Origin: Octopus vulgaris
Lineage: Eukaryota
Assembly: GCA_951406725.2 (NCBI GenBank)
Contig: OX597833.1
Coordinates: 16,368,001-16,432,000, forward strand
DNA length: 64,000 bases
Reading direction: 5' to 3'
Positions 38,611 through 51,049 of the stretch are shown here, in pieces (the first letter of the stretch is position 1; every line of letters begins with the position of its first letter). A program made the position numbers and the translations under genes. The notes beneath the pieces are model-generated. The model ran no database searches. It had not been told where the DNA came from and saw nothing but the letters and a program-made list of their open reading frames with translations.

Positions 38611-38809
38611 ATCTCAGGTGAGTGGATGATAAGTTACATTATTTTCCAGCTAATACCCAGGATAATTTCAATTGTATTCATAAACAGTAAAATGAAACAG
38701 CGAGCTTGGGTGGGGGCTCGTAAGCCATTCCATTGTATTCATTGTAAATATTTCATTTCATAATTATCTTTCGTTATAGGTACCCCATGTTTTGTGTTAT
38801 CTGTCATTG

Positions 38810-39237
38810 GGATCTTTTCGGTTTGAACGGCAGTTTTTAAAAATAGTTTCCATGTAACTAAACACTTTTAAACTTCGTATACTGGTAGAATGTGTTTATA
38901 AAACATCTTTTTCTCTTGGCTTTCTTGAGAAAATTCTATAGTTTGTAAGATATTTGTTGTTTTTTTTCTCTTCAATTTCTGCAATTTCAACCAATCAATG
39001 ACGTCTATTGAGGTGAAAAAAAACATTCTGTGCCGTATGAATATGTCCCTCGTTTAAGAAACAGATTGGGTTTATTTATATTTGTGAAGAAAAAAAAATA
39101 CCCTTCCTCCCCAACCCTAACTAACCCTAACCCGAAAACTGATTGAAATGCAATAGATCGATACTAGGGTCATAATTATGGGTGACAATTTCATATGACA
39201 CTGCTAGAAAAAACTGTCGTTCAAACCGAAAAGTTCC
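38810..39237. mobile_element. GG-ended MITE, inverted copy of 36593-37022
   Basis: Same TIR; 9-bp TSD ctgtcattg/ctgtccttg. Confidence 0.8.
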
Positions 39238-39249
39238 CTGTCCTTGTTA

Positions 39250-39480
39250 TGTCCCCTCTCTATTCAGGCTATATGCCTATAATAAAGATTTCTACATTAT
39301 TTTCCAGCTTAAAAATGGTGACCTCACATAACCTGGAAATTATTGTCCAGGCAGTTTCACTAGTTTTGTTGTCAAATTGACGGAGTCCAGTGTCAGAGAG
39401 ACCCTCTGCAACTTCTGAGACTCTCATGATATTATTTGACCCTTACAATTTTGGGTTTATCTGAAATCCTAGTTGTGTCG
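39250..39480 (+). pseudogene. CR1-like reverse transcriptase fragment
   Basis: PGNYCPGSFTSFVVKLTESSVRE resembles the CR1 PGNYRPVSLTS...KLME motif. Confidence 0.55.
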
Positions 39481-39679
39481 AATTTCCTGAAATCATCACT
39501 CGAATTACAGAGAGAAAGAATTTTTAAAAAAGGTTATAAATAATGAGATGAAGAGGAAGATGGAGGGGGAGGGAGGGAGAGAGAGAGAATAAGAAAGATA
39601 TCAAGTATGAGTGAAAGAAAGGGAGAGAGAGATGAGGGGAGGGAGAGGGGGAAGTATAAGAAAATAAATAATGAAAGAA

Positions 39680-39692
39680 AAGGATAGATAGG

Positions 39693-39724
<32 letters not shown>

Positions 39725-39754
39725 TGGATAGATAGATAGATAGATAGATAAATG

Positions 39755-39790
<36 letters not shown>

Positions 39791-39850
39791 TGGATAGATA
39801 GATAGATAAATGGATAGATAGATAGAGGGAGAGAGATAGATAGATAGATT

Positions 39851-39907
<57 letters not shown>

Positions 39908-39974
39908 ATGGATAGCTAGCTAGATAGATAGACAGACAGAGAGGGATGGGTAGATAGATAGGTAGGTAGGTAGG

Positions 39975-40052
<78 letters not shown>

Positions 40053-40055
40053 TAG
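39680..40055. repeat. (GATA)n microsatellite
   Basis: Direct reading. Confidence 0.95.
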
Positions 40056-41706
40056 AGAAAAATTGAGAGAAAAGAAAGATACAAAGCATTAGAGAAATAA
40101 TAAATTTTACACACACACACACGGCAATCATTTCACATACGTGCGCAGAATTTCTTAATAACAAAAAAATTTGTAAACTTGGCACGGAATACAATTAAAT
40201 TTACGTCACCCAAGCATTCTGGCCGTGACTAACACCCACCCCGCCTCGTCTTTTTACAAGCACAGTACACTTAGTATTGCACTATGTAACGTATTTCTTT
40301 TTTTTACGATAATACGGTATTGTTTAAGGAAGATTTAGCTGCTATTTCTAAGTAGAACGGTCCTACAGAAACCACACTCCATAAAGGAGTTGTGTCTCTT
40401 TGAACATATATATGTAGCCAGGCGGCAAGATGTTCAAAGGGAAGTAACTCTTGAAAACAGTCAAATTCGACGTAGCATTTATACATCTTTTCTCTTACAC
40501 TTTCGTCATTAAATTAAAGTTAAAATTTTAAAAATTATTTAAATAATTTAAATTTATAAATTTTAAAAAAATATATATATATTTTTTTATTATTATTATT
40601 ATTTTATTTTTTATTTTATTTTTTATTTATTAAAAAAAAATTTTTTTTTGTAAATTATATAACTATCAAAAAGTATTAAAAGTTTAATATAAGATAAAGA
40701 GTAAAAACACTACGATCGTTTCATGCCCGTAACCAATTCGAATAACAATAATAATTCTAATTATGGTTACAGTCAATCTTCAGGTTAATTGTAATATTTT
40801 AATAAGTAATCAGAAATATTTAAACAATATTTTTAAGAAATAAATAATATAATTTTACTTATAAAAAACTCTATTATCAAACTAGAAACTTAACGATTAT
40901 GATTATATCAAAACATCAATTATAATGTTAAATATTAATTTTAATTTTTAAATATTAATTTTTAAGGTAAGAAACCCACCAATAATCTAATATCAGTAAT
41001 AGTCAATATCTAATTACATAAATATTTTACAAAAAAAATATTATATTATTAAAAATATAAAATTTAAATAATATATAAATTATCAATGAAAATATATATA
41101 TGTATATAAATATTATAATTAAGATCTAAAATAATCTCTATAAATAAATATATATGCACATATAATAAAGACCTAATAAATTAATTTTTCATAGCTAATT
41201 ACAAAAATACAAACAAACAATCTTAAACGAACGCAATAGCAAATTAACTATCTTTATATCTCGTTGGCTAAATAATAACTTACAGAAATCTTATATTTAA
41301 AATACGTAAAGAAATAATCAATTCGTAGTTATATAGTATCAAATAAATACTATAAATATATTTATCAATGGGAATAATAAATCTAGCAAATATCAATTTA
41401 AAAAGACAATAGATAAGTTAAAATAATAATTATAAGAAATTTAAAACTACAATTAATGCTATTAATACATGTATATACATAAACCTAACTTTAACATCTC
41501 GTATACTTGCTATCAAACAACATATCTATCGCTAAGTAAATTCTTACGAATAAACTTAATATCTAATAATTATATAGAAAATTACGATAATTAGATCATT
41601 ACATAAACAACGATATTTACATAAAAAACAATATTATAACACCATAAGACTTATAAAATATTAAAATTTAAAGATCTTAAATATAAATATATACTTAGCT
41701 TATATA

Positions 41707-42232
41707 TTACATGGGAAAATGCGGGCATGAAAAGTAATATTCTTATGATTATAAACCTGGAAAAGTCCAGGACAAGTTATTACACCTGGAAAAGTATAGG
41801 ACATGCTATTACTTCAAGTAAAGTAAAGAATAAGAAATTTTTTACTTAAAATATTGCAGCAAAGAATGCCAGTTCTTCTAATTTATCACTCTTTACAGTT
41901 CTCATTTAAAAAATTTTTTGTACAAAGCTGTTCAGCTAATTTGTAAGTTTGTCTAATCAGTCACTTTTTTTTTTTTTATATATTTAAGGTAGTAAATTAG
42001 CCAAATTCTACTTAAATAAGTATACTGTTATTTGTAAACTATAATAAAATAAATTTTAATATTCATATCTTAATTTTAGCTGCAATATTTTAAGTAAAAA
42101 GTTTCTTATTCTTTACTTTACTAGAAGTAACAGCTTGTCCTATACTTTTCCAGGTGTAATAACTTGTCCTGGACTTTTCCAGGTTTATAATCTTAAGAAT
42201 ATTACTTTTCATGCTCGTATTTTTCCATGTAA
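41707..42232. mobile_element. Foldback element with 154-bp inverted arms
   Basis: 41707-41860 is the imperfect reverse complement of 42079-42232. Confidence 0.7.
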
Positions 42233-42532
42233 TCCATGATTTTTCCAGGCATTGCTGTTATAAGATAATTAATAATGTGTCAATTAATAATTTAAGATTT
42301 TAACTTATAAAATATTGAAATATTTCAATTTTTCCATGTAAGTGATAACAATATTTTTTCATGTTTAATTCAAATATATGTTGTGATTGAATTATTTGAT
42401 ATTACCCATACACACCAAATCAATGGTAGTAAATTTTACCATCTTGTTGGTTGCACCATGGCTCACCAAAAGTTACAATCAACAAGACCCCAAAACCATC
42501 AGTTTTGGTAGACAGAAACTGAAAGAAGCTCG

Positions 42533-42573
<41 letters not shown>

Positions 42574-43459
42574 AAGAATTCAAGTAAAAAACAAAAGTCG
42601 AAGACAGGTGGTGTATACAACAAACAGATGTATTAGTATAACGCTCAGGAAGTGAAAAAGTCTTTAACTTTTTGAGCCTACGCTCTTCCACAGAAAGAAA
42701 CACAGAAGGAAACAAGGAGAGAAAGTAAAGAATGTGTAGTGGCTAGTGATCTATCATAGCGAATGCCGGACAGAGGGGTCACACAGGAGAGCTAAAAAGT
42801 AGGGGAGATGAAAAAAGTAGTAGTGATATATATATGTATGTATGTGTGTATATGCTTATGTGTCTGTGTTTGCCCCCACCAACATCACTTGACAACCAAT
42901 GCTGATGTGTTTACGTCCCTGTAACTTAGCAGTTCGGCAAAGGAGAGACCGATAGAATAAGTACTAGGCTTACAAAGAATAAATCCTGGGGTCGATGTGC
43001 TCGACTAAAGGCGGTGCTCCAGCATGGCCACAGTCAAATGACTGAAACAAGTAAAAGGGTAAAAGTGAAAGTGAGAGAGTCCAGAAAATTTTTGTTATGA
43101 CCGACCTCGTGTCGTATTTAATAATTTAGTTGTGACATTCTAGAAAATTCTATTTTAAGTTTGCTGTCACTGATAAATGAATTATTTGCTGAATCAAGGT
43201 TAATATGGAGTTAAATACCTTCTCTTTGCTATGAATATTTTACTGTCATACTCTACCTGATAAATAAAGACTCAACAATTTGCTAAATTCTGTTGTGTCT
43301 GGGGAGAGTCATTTTCTTTTTGTGCCTTATAATTTAACACACTCACCGGTAAAATTTCTACTTGTTTCTTATTTTTATTTTCCTAAAATTTTCGTTGCAT
43401 CTTGCAGCCTTTTCAATAGTCTTGACTCTGTCCGTTATTTACACTGCGTTCCCTTTTGT

Positions 43460-43900
43460 TTGTTTGTGCGCATGTGTGTGGGTCAGTGTGTGTGTGTATG
43501 CCTATACATGCATGTTCGTATATATGTATGTGTGTAGGTATGTATGTGTATGTGTTTCTATGTATGTATGTATGTATGTATGTATGTGTGCATGTTTGCA
43601 TGTGTATGTATGTATATATGTGTGTGTATGCATATGTATATTTGTATGTATGTGTGTGCATCTGTATGTATGTATTCTTCATATTTATGTGCTTGCATGT
43701 CTGTGTTTGTGTATTTTCTATGTATGTGTGTGTGTGAGCATGTATTTGTATATGCATGCACCTCTGTCTCCTTGTGTGTGCATGTCTGTCTGTGTGTATG
43801 TGTATGTGTTATGCAACTATGTACCATGTTTATATGTATGGATGTGCATCTCTATATGTGTGGACCCATGTCTCTATATGTGTCTTGTGTGGAGTAATGT
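43460..43900. repeat. Degenerate (TG)/(TATG) tract
   Basis: Direct reading. Confidence 0.85.
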
Positions 43901-44019
43901 GTGTATATATATGGGGTCATGTGTTTCAGTCTCCATTTGCGTATGTGTGCTTGTCTGTTCTTATAACCTATGTACCTATCCGTCTGTATGTTGATCTGTT
44001 TATTTTCATATCTATATGC

Positions 44020-44615
44020 TTACTCTCTGTTTTTACTCTTTTACTTGTTTCAGTCATTTGACTGCGGCCATGCTGGAGCACCGCCTTTTAATCGAGCAAA
44101 TCGACCCCGGGACTTATTCTTTTGTAAGGCCAGTACTTATTCTATCGGTCTCTTTTGCCGAACCGCTAAGTGACGGCGACGTAAACACACCAGCATCGGT
44201 TGTCAAGCAATGCTAAGGGAACAAACACACACACACACACACATACATGCACATATATATATATATATACATATATACGACGGGATTCTTTTAGTTTCTG
44301 TCTACCAAATCCACTCACAAGGCTTTGGTCGACCCGAGGCTATAGCAGAAGACACTTGCCCAAGGTTCCACGCAGTGGGACTGAACCCTGGAACCATGTG
44401 GTTGGTAAGCAAGCTACTTACTACACAGCCACTCCTACGCCTATATATATATATATATGTATATATATACGATGGGCTTCTTCCAGTTTCCCTCTACCAA
44501 ATCCACTCACGGCCCGAGGCTATAGCAGAAGACACTTGCCCAAGATGCCATATGGTGGGACTGAACCCGGAACCATGTGGTTGGTAAGCAAGCTACATAC
44601 CATACAGCCACTCCG
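44020..44615 (-). mobile_element. SINE family A with duplicated head
   Basis: Full copy at 44020-44445 plus a second 5' portion at 44465-44615. Confidence 0.85.
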
Positions 44616-44724
44616 CTATGAAGGGATTTAGTCGAACAAATCATCTCTACAAAAAAAACAAAAATTCATACACACACACTAAATAAAATTTGAATAAAAT
44701 GTAGCTCTTATCTAATGATAGTAG

Positions 44725-45972
44725 AAGACCCTGTCTCAATGACCCTGTCTTAATGACTCTATCTTAATGACCCTGTCTCAATGACCCTGTCTCAATGACC
44801 CTGTCTTGATGACCCTGTCTTAATGACCCTGTCTCAATGACCCTGTCTTAATGACCCTGTCTTAATGACCCTGTCTGAATGACCCTGTCTTAATGACCCT
44901 GTCTCAATGACCCTGTCTCAATGACCCTGTCTCAATGACCCTATCTCAATGACCCTGTCTCAATGACTCTGTCTCAATGACCCTGTCTTAATGACCCTGT
45001 CTCAATGACCCTGTCTCAATGACCCTGTCTCAATGACCCTGTCTTAATGACCCTGTCTCGATGACCCTATCTTAATGACCCTGTCTCGATGACCCTGTCT
45101 TAATGACCCTGTCTCAATGACCCTGTCTTAATGACCCTGTCTTAATGACCCTGTCTCAATGACCCTGTCTTAATGACCCTGTCTTAATGACCCCGTCTTA
45201 ATGACCCTGTCTTAATGACCCTGTCTCAATGACCCTGTCTTAATGACCCTGTCTCAATGACCCTGTCTTAATGACCCTGTCTTAATGACCCTGTCTTAAT
45301 GACCCTGTCTCAATGACCCTGTCTTAATGACCCTGTCTCAATGACCCTGTCTTAATGACCCTGTCTTAATGACCCTGTCTTAATGACTCTGTCTCAATGA
45401 CCCTGTCTAAATGACCCTGTCTTAATGAACCAGTCTCAATGACCCTGTCTCAATGACCCTGTCTCAATGACCCTGTCTTAATGACCCTGTCTCAATGACC
45501 CTGTCTCAATGACCCTGTCTCAATGACCCTGTCTTAATGACTCTGTCTTAATGACCCTGTCTCAATGACCCTGTCTCAATGACCCTGTCTTAATGACCCT
45601 GTCTCAATGACCCTGTCTCAATGACCCTGTCTTAATGACCCTGTCTCAATGACCCTGTCTTAATGACTCTGTCTCAATGACCCTGTCTTAATGACCCTGT
45701 CTTAATGACCCAGTCTCGATGACCCTATCTTAATGACCCTGTCTAAATGACCCTGTCTTAATGACCCTGTCTTAATGACCCTGTCTCAATGACCCTGTCT
45801 TAATGACCCTGTCTTAATGACCCTGTCTTAATGACCCTGTCTCAATGACCCTGTCTTAATGACTCTGTCTCAATGACCCTGTCTTAATGACCCTGTCTCA
45901 ATGACCCTGTCTTAATGACCCTGTCTTAATGACTCTGTCTCGATGACCCTGTCTCGATGACCCTGTCTCAAT
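44725..45972. repeat. 15-bp minisatellite (AATGACCCTGTCTY plus one base), ~80 copies
   Basis: Uninterrupted tandem array, no spacers; unit length read by eye as 14-15 bp. Confidence 0.9.
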
Positions 45973-46269
45973 GCCACCCATCCTCGCCCCTAACCCTATT
46001 TCTGTGCCCCCCCCCCTCTCGCTCCAAATTTCACAAATCAAAATTGAACCTTTACAAGGATATTTTTGAATCTTTTGTCTTGTATGATTTGTTTCAGTCA
46101 CAGGACTGCGGCCATGCTGGGGCACCGCTTTGAAGGGATTTGGTCGAACAAATCATCTCCATTGCTTATGTATAAGAGTGGTATTTTTGTTTTGATTGGT
46201 CTCTTCTGTCCAACTGCTAAATTACGAGGGCGTAAAACCAACCAAGCAGTGGAGGATTACAAACACAAA

Positions 46270-46780
46270 GCTAGGCACAAACACACACACATACATACAC
46301 ACACACACAAACACACACAAACACAAGGACTCACGCACACGCACACACATGCACATACAAAGACACACACAAACACAAATGCATACACACACAAACACAT
46401 ATGTACACACACATACACATACACGCACACACTCACATGTACACTCCCAGAAACACAAATACACACACACACATACACACACAAACACACATATACACAA
46501 ACACACGCACACAAACACACACATACATACACACAGACAAATGCACAAACACAAGGACACACGCACAAACGCACGTACACACACACACACACACAAAGAC
46601 AATACACACGCACAAACACAAATGCACACACACATACACATACATACACACACGCACACACTCTCTCTACACTCACAAAAACACAAATACACACAGACAC
46701 ACACATGCACACAAACACACACATATAAATATACACACACACACACACACAAACAGGAACACACACACACACACACACAA
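46270..46780. repeat. Degenerate (CA)n tract
   Basis: Direct reading. Confidence 0.9.
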
Positions 46781-47079
46781 ATGCGCTATATTTAGAATGT
46801 AAGTCGGGCAGATAAACCTAACACACACAGAAGGTAAACATAAAAATATATAAAGGAAATATGAGAAAGATCTAAAAATAGGAAAGTCTTGAGGTTTTAC
46901 TCTTAGAAACTCTTTCACTGCGGAATCAAATTTCATGGTCATTCCAGCAATCATATTAAATATCAACCAAAATAGAAAAACAAGATAACGAATTAGTATT
47001 TTCAAAAAGTCACGCTGCTTTGATAAATTTGACGTATATCAACAAAAATAGATTCAAACTTGATATTCCTAAATGACAG

Positions 47080-47134
<55 letters not shown>

Positions 47135-47136
<2 letters not shown>

Positions 47137-47690
47137 GCCCTGATGCAGTACCAGGCAGTGGCTCTCATGGCTTCTGATCTCAACTGATTGGAAGTGTTAT
47201 CATGTACATTGTTTTGTCTTGGTATAAAAGATGGGCTACAGCAAATATTCTGCTTAATACCACAGATTTGCTTGTCGGTTGTTTGACCATAACCAGTTGA
47301 GCATGTCCCTTAGTGGCTGACGATATGTGCATCTCTGATCACGAGCAGAAGTAGTGGGGGAGCATCATAGCCATGTGTTGAGAGGGATTCTTTGGGGTTT
47401 GAATAATTCACCTCTGGAAATATGGGTGGTTCTTTCAACATCCTTAAACAACCCTTATTCAGGGACCTTTTGAGCGAGATGGGCTACTCAACCTGAAGAA
47501 AATTCTAACTGGGCCCCACCTGCAAGGTCATGCGCTGTTTATCTTGATATGAGATCACCATGTCGCGCACATATGGTAGTGATGCATGTGACTGGTGTAC
47601 CCTTATCAGACGGGTAGTCATGATGGGTATATTGGGCTTCGTATATTTTACCCCAGTGTCACTTTGATGGCATGAACTGCTCTCTCACTC
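47135..47690. mobile_element. Unclassified interspersed repeat embedded in (AAT)n
   Basis: (AAT)n on both sides; 47260-47390 recurs at 32478-32610. Confidence 0.55.
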
Positions 47691-47728
<38 letters not shown>

Positions 47729-47859
47729 AATTATTGTATACAGTGCTCAGGTGCAGCACAACTTGTCAAAAGTGCATATAAAGCATATGCAGTAATGTAC
47801 AAATGTACAAGTTATTTTTTATTAAACATAACTAGTCGTATGAGGGGCTGTTTGGTAAG

Positions 47860-48252
47860 TAGCTTTCTTATGAACCGCGTGGTTCTGGGTTCAGTCCCAC
47901 TGCGTGGCACCTTGGGCAAGTGCCTTCTGCTCTAGCCTCGGGTCCACCAAAGCCTTGTGAGTGGATTTGGTAGACGGAAACTGAAAGAAGCCCGTCGTAT
48001 ATATGTGTATATATATATATATGTGTGTGTGTGTGCGTGTATGTTTGTGTGTCTGTGTTTGTCCCCCTAGCATTGCTTGACAACCGATGCTGGTGTGTTT
48101 ACGTCCCCGTTACTTAGCGGTTCGGCAAAAGACCGATAGAATAAGTACTGGGCTTACAAAAGAATAAGTCCCGGGGTCGAGTTGCTCGATTAAAGGTGGT
48201 GCTCCAGCATGGCCACAGTCAAATGACTGAAACAAGTAAAAGAGAGAGAGTA
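47860..48252 (+). mobile_element. SINE family A
   Basis: Consensus match. Confidence 0.85.
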
Positions 48253-48615
48253 ATAATAATAATAATAATGAAATTATTGTACACAGTGCTCGGGTGCACC
48301 ACAACTTGTCAAAATTGCATATAAAGTATATGCAGTAATGTACAAATGTCTAGAGAGCGAACAGTGTATGAGTCAGATACATGCTTGCGTGTGTATGGAG
48401 GAGAGAAAATCAGGTGTAGTGTTGGCGAATCTCAGGAAGCATGGAAGTTTTGAAGGATGCAGTGCTCCGACAACTAACAACTGATGCTGGCAGTTTGTTC
48501 CATGCTTCAACAACTCTCGGCGGGAAAAAATGTTTCCTAAAGTCATGGGAGCTGTGCTGTTTTCTGACTTTGTAAACATGTTCACGGGTGTTAGACAGAT
48601 GGAGTTTGAAAAGGA
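48252..48615 (-). pseudogene. CR1-like LINE 3' end
   Basis: TREHVYKV...RKHFFPPRVVEAWNKLPASVV...FK is the CR1 ORF2 C-terminal motif; (ATT)n tail. Confidence 0.8.
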
Positions 48616-48857
48616 TGTATCTTCTTAATTTCCGCAATAAAATGTTTAAACATGATCGTAACAATCTGAAGATGGAAGTTGATTAAAGAATAAAATTCAG
48701 TAGATTTTTTTTTTTTTTTAAAGAACAGCAAAAGAGAATTCCACAAGGTTTAAAATCTGGGTGAAGAAAGGGCAACAAAAGTTTTGAACGCAAAAAGCTT
48801 GGCTGAGAATGAGGGCGATAAGGGAAGAGTTGATAGTCAGAGGGGGTACTCTGTACT

Positions 48858-49232
48858 CTCTTTTACGCTTTTACTTGTTTCAGTCATTTGACTGTGGCCA
48901 TGCTGGAGCACCGCCTTTAGTCAATCAAATCGACTCCAGGACTTATTTTTTGTAAGCCTAGTGCTTATTCTATTGGTATCTTTTGCTAAACCGCTAAGTT
49001 ATGGGGACATAAACACACCAGCATCGGTTGCCAAGCGATGTTGCGGACACAAACACATACACACAAACACACACACACATATATACATATATACGACGGG
49101 CTTCTTTCAGTTTCCGTCTACCAAATCCACTCACAAGGCTTTGGTCAGCCCGAGGCTATAGTAGAAGACATTTGTCCAAGGTGCCACACAGTGGGACTGA
49201 ACCTGGAACCATGTGCTTGGTAAGCAAGCTAC
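48858..49232 (-). mobile_element. SINE family A
   Basis: Consensus match. Confidence 0.85.
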
Positions 49233-49392
49233 TTTATTTCATAAAATTTGCCATGACAGCATTACAAAGAGTAGCTTGTGGGCTGGACAGAAACATTACT
49301 GAGATGAATGATGGAAAAAAAAAATGAAAAAATGATATTGATGGGAAAAGATAAAAAACGCCCGCTGATTTTTTGCTTCTCTAATACTCTTC

Positions 49393-49806
49393 TACTCTTT
49401 ACTCTTTTACTTGTTTCAGTCATTTGACTGCGGCCATGCTGGAGCACCACCTTTAGTCGAGCAACTCGACCCCGGGACTTATTCTTTTTGTAAGCCCAGT
49501 ACTTATTCTATCGGTCTCTTTTTGTCGAACCGCTAAGTGACGGGGACGTAAACACACCAGCATCGGTTGTCAAGCAATGCTAGGGGAACAAACACAGACA
49601 CACAAACACATACACATACATATATATATATATATACATATATACGACAGGCTTCTTTCAGTTTCCGTCTACCAAATCCACTCACAAGGCATTGGTCGGC
49701 CCGGGGCTATAGCAGAAGACATTTGCCCAAGATGCCACGCAGTGGGACTGAACCCGGAACCATGTGGCTGGTAAGCAAGCTACTTACCACACAGCCACTC
49801 CTGCGC
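49393..49806 (-). mobile_element. SINE family A
   Basis: Consensus match. Confidence 0.87.
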
Positions 49807-50518
49807 CTCGTTAACATTTATTTTCCAATTCTGTAGAGATATAGGATCTTTTCGGTTTGAACGGCAGTTTTTTCTAGCGGTGTCATATGAAATTGTCACC
49901 CATAATTATGACCCTAGTATCGATCTATTGCATTTCAATCTGTTTTAAGGTTAGGGTTAGTTAGGGTATTATTAGGGGTGGGGGGAAGGGTATCTTTTTT
50001 CGTCACAAATGTAAATAAACCCAATTTGTTTCTTAAATGAGGGACTGAACCCGGAACCATGTGGCTCGTTAGCAAGCTACTTACCACACAGCCACTCCTG
50101 CGCCTAAATACATTACTCTTTATTTAAAAAAAAACAACAAAATGAGGTATTAAACTTCTTACTTTAGTTTATTACAAATTTTCTTTTGTCTTTCTATAAA
50201 AAGGAACACACAAAAATGAGACAATAAACCTCTTACACAAACTGAGACACCAAGTCTCTTCAACGAAGCTACTTACCACACAGCCACTCCTGCGCCTACG
50301 GCATTTTTTTTTTTTTTTTTTTTGCTGTGGATTAGACTCACTGAAATGAATTTCCAAGGGTCAAAGTAATTCCTGAAAGATTGAAGAATTTTATGAGTCC
50401 ACTCACATGTGGGCACTGGGGAACAATGTTTGAGGATAATGGACAGGATAATGTCAAGGTCGGTGGCCTTGTTGGTTGGAAATGAGTGGACATACTTTTG
50501 CACATGGTATTGTAAACT

Positions 50519-50752
50519 CAAGGCGGCAAGCTGGCAGAAACGTTAGCACACCAGGCAAAATGCTAAGTGGTATTTCGTCTGCCGCTACGTTCTGAGTTCA
50601 AATTCTGCCGAAGTCGACTTTGCCTTTCATCCTTTCGGGGTCGATTAAATAAGTACCAGTTACGCACTGGGGTCGATGTAATCGACTTAATATCTATGTC
50701 TGTCCTTGTATGTCCCCTCTGTGTTTAGCCCCTTGTGGGTAATAAAGAAATA
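50519..50752 (+). mobile_element. SINE family B, full length with 13-bp TSD
   Basis: TSD ggtattgtaaact at 50506-50518 and 50753-50765. Confidence 0.88.
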
Positions 50753-51049
50753 GGTATTGTAAACTATAGCTGTATCATCCTTTAGCATCACCGTATCCAG
50801 ACATATTTTCTGCGTCTGAAAGACTATAAGTAATTAATGTGTGTGTGTGTGTGTGTGCCCGCGCGTTTGTGTGTGTGTGTGTGTGTACCCGCGTGTTTGT
50901 GTGTGTGTGTATGTGTGCACGTATGGCAGATTATTGCTGGAATGCTTTTAATTGTAGACTTACTCAATCAAGGCCAACGTGAAACTGAACAAAAGCAACA
51001 ACATCGATGACAATACCTCATCTTTCCAAGGTGCCAAAACACTGAGTAA

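Noticed and set aside
40705-40730. Cdc20/Cdh1 C-box (KHYDRFMP)
   Set aside because: Short motif lacking the following Arg, with no WD40 repeats downstream.
40490-41706. Host NUMT or RIP-type mutation
   Set aside because: No mitochondrial gene motif recognised in the frames I translated. CpA is not depleted (about 52 counted), so symmetric RIP does not fit.
44725-45972. CRISPR-like array
   Set aside because: No unique spacers, eukaryotic context and no cas genes; it is a plain minisatellite.
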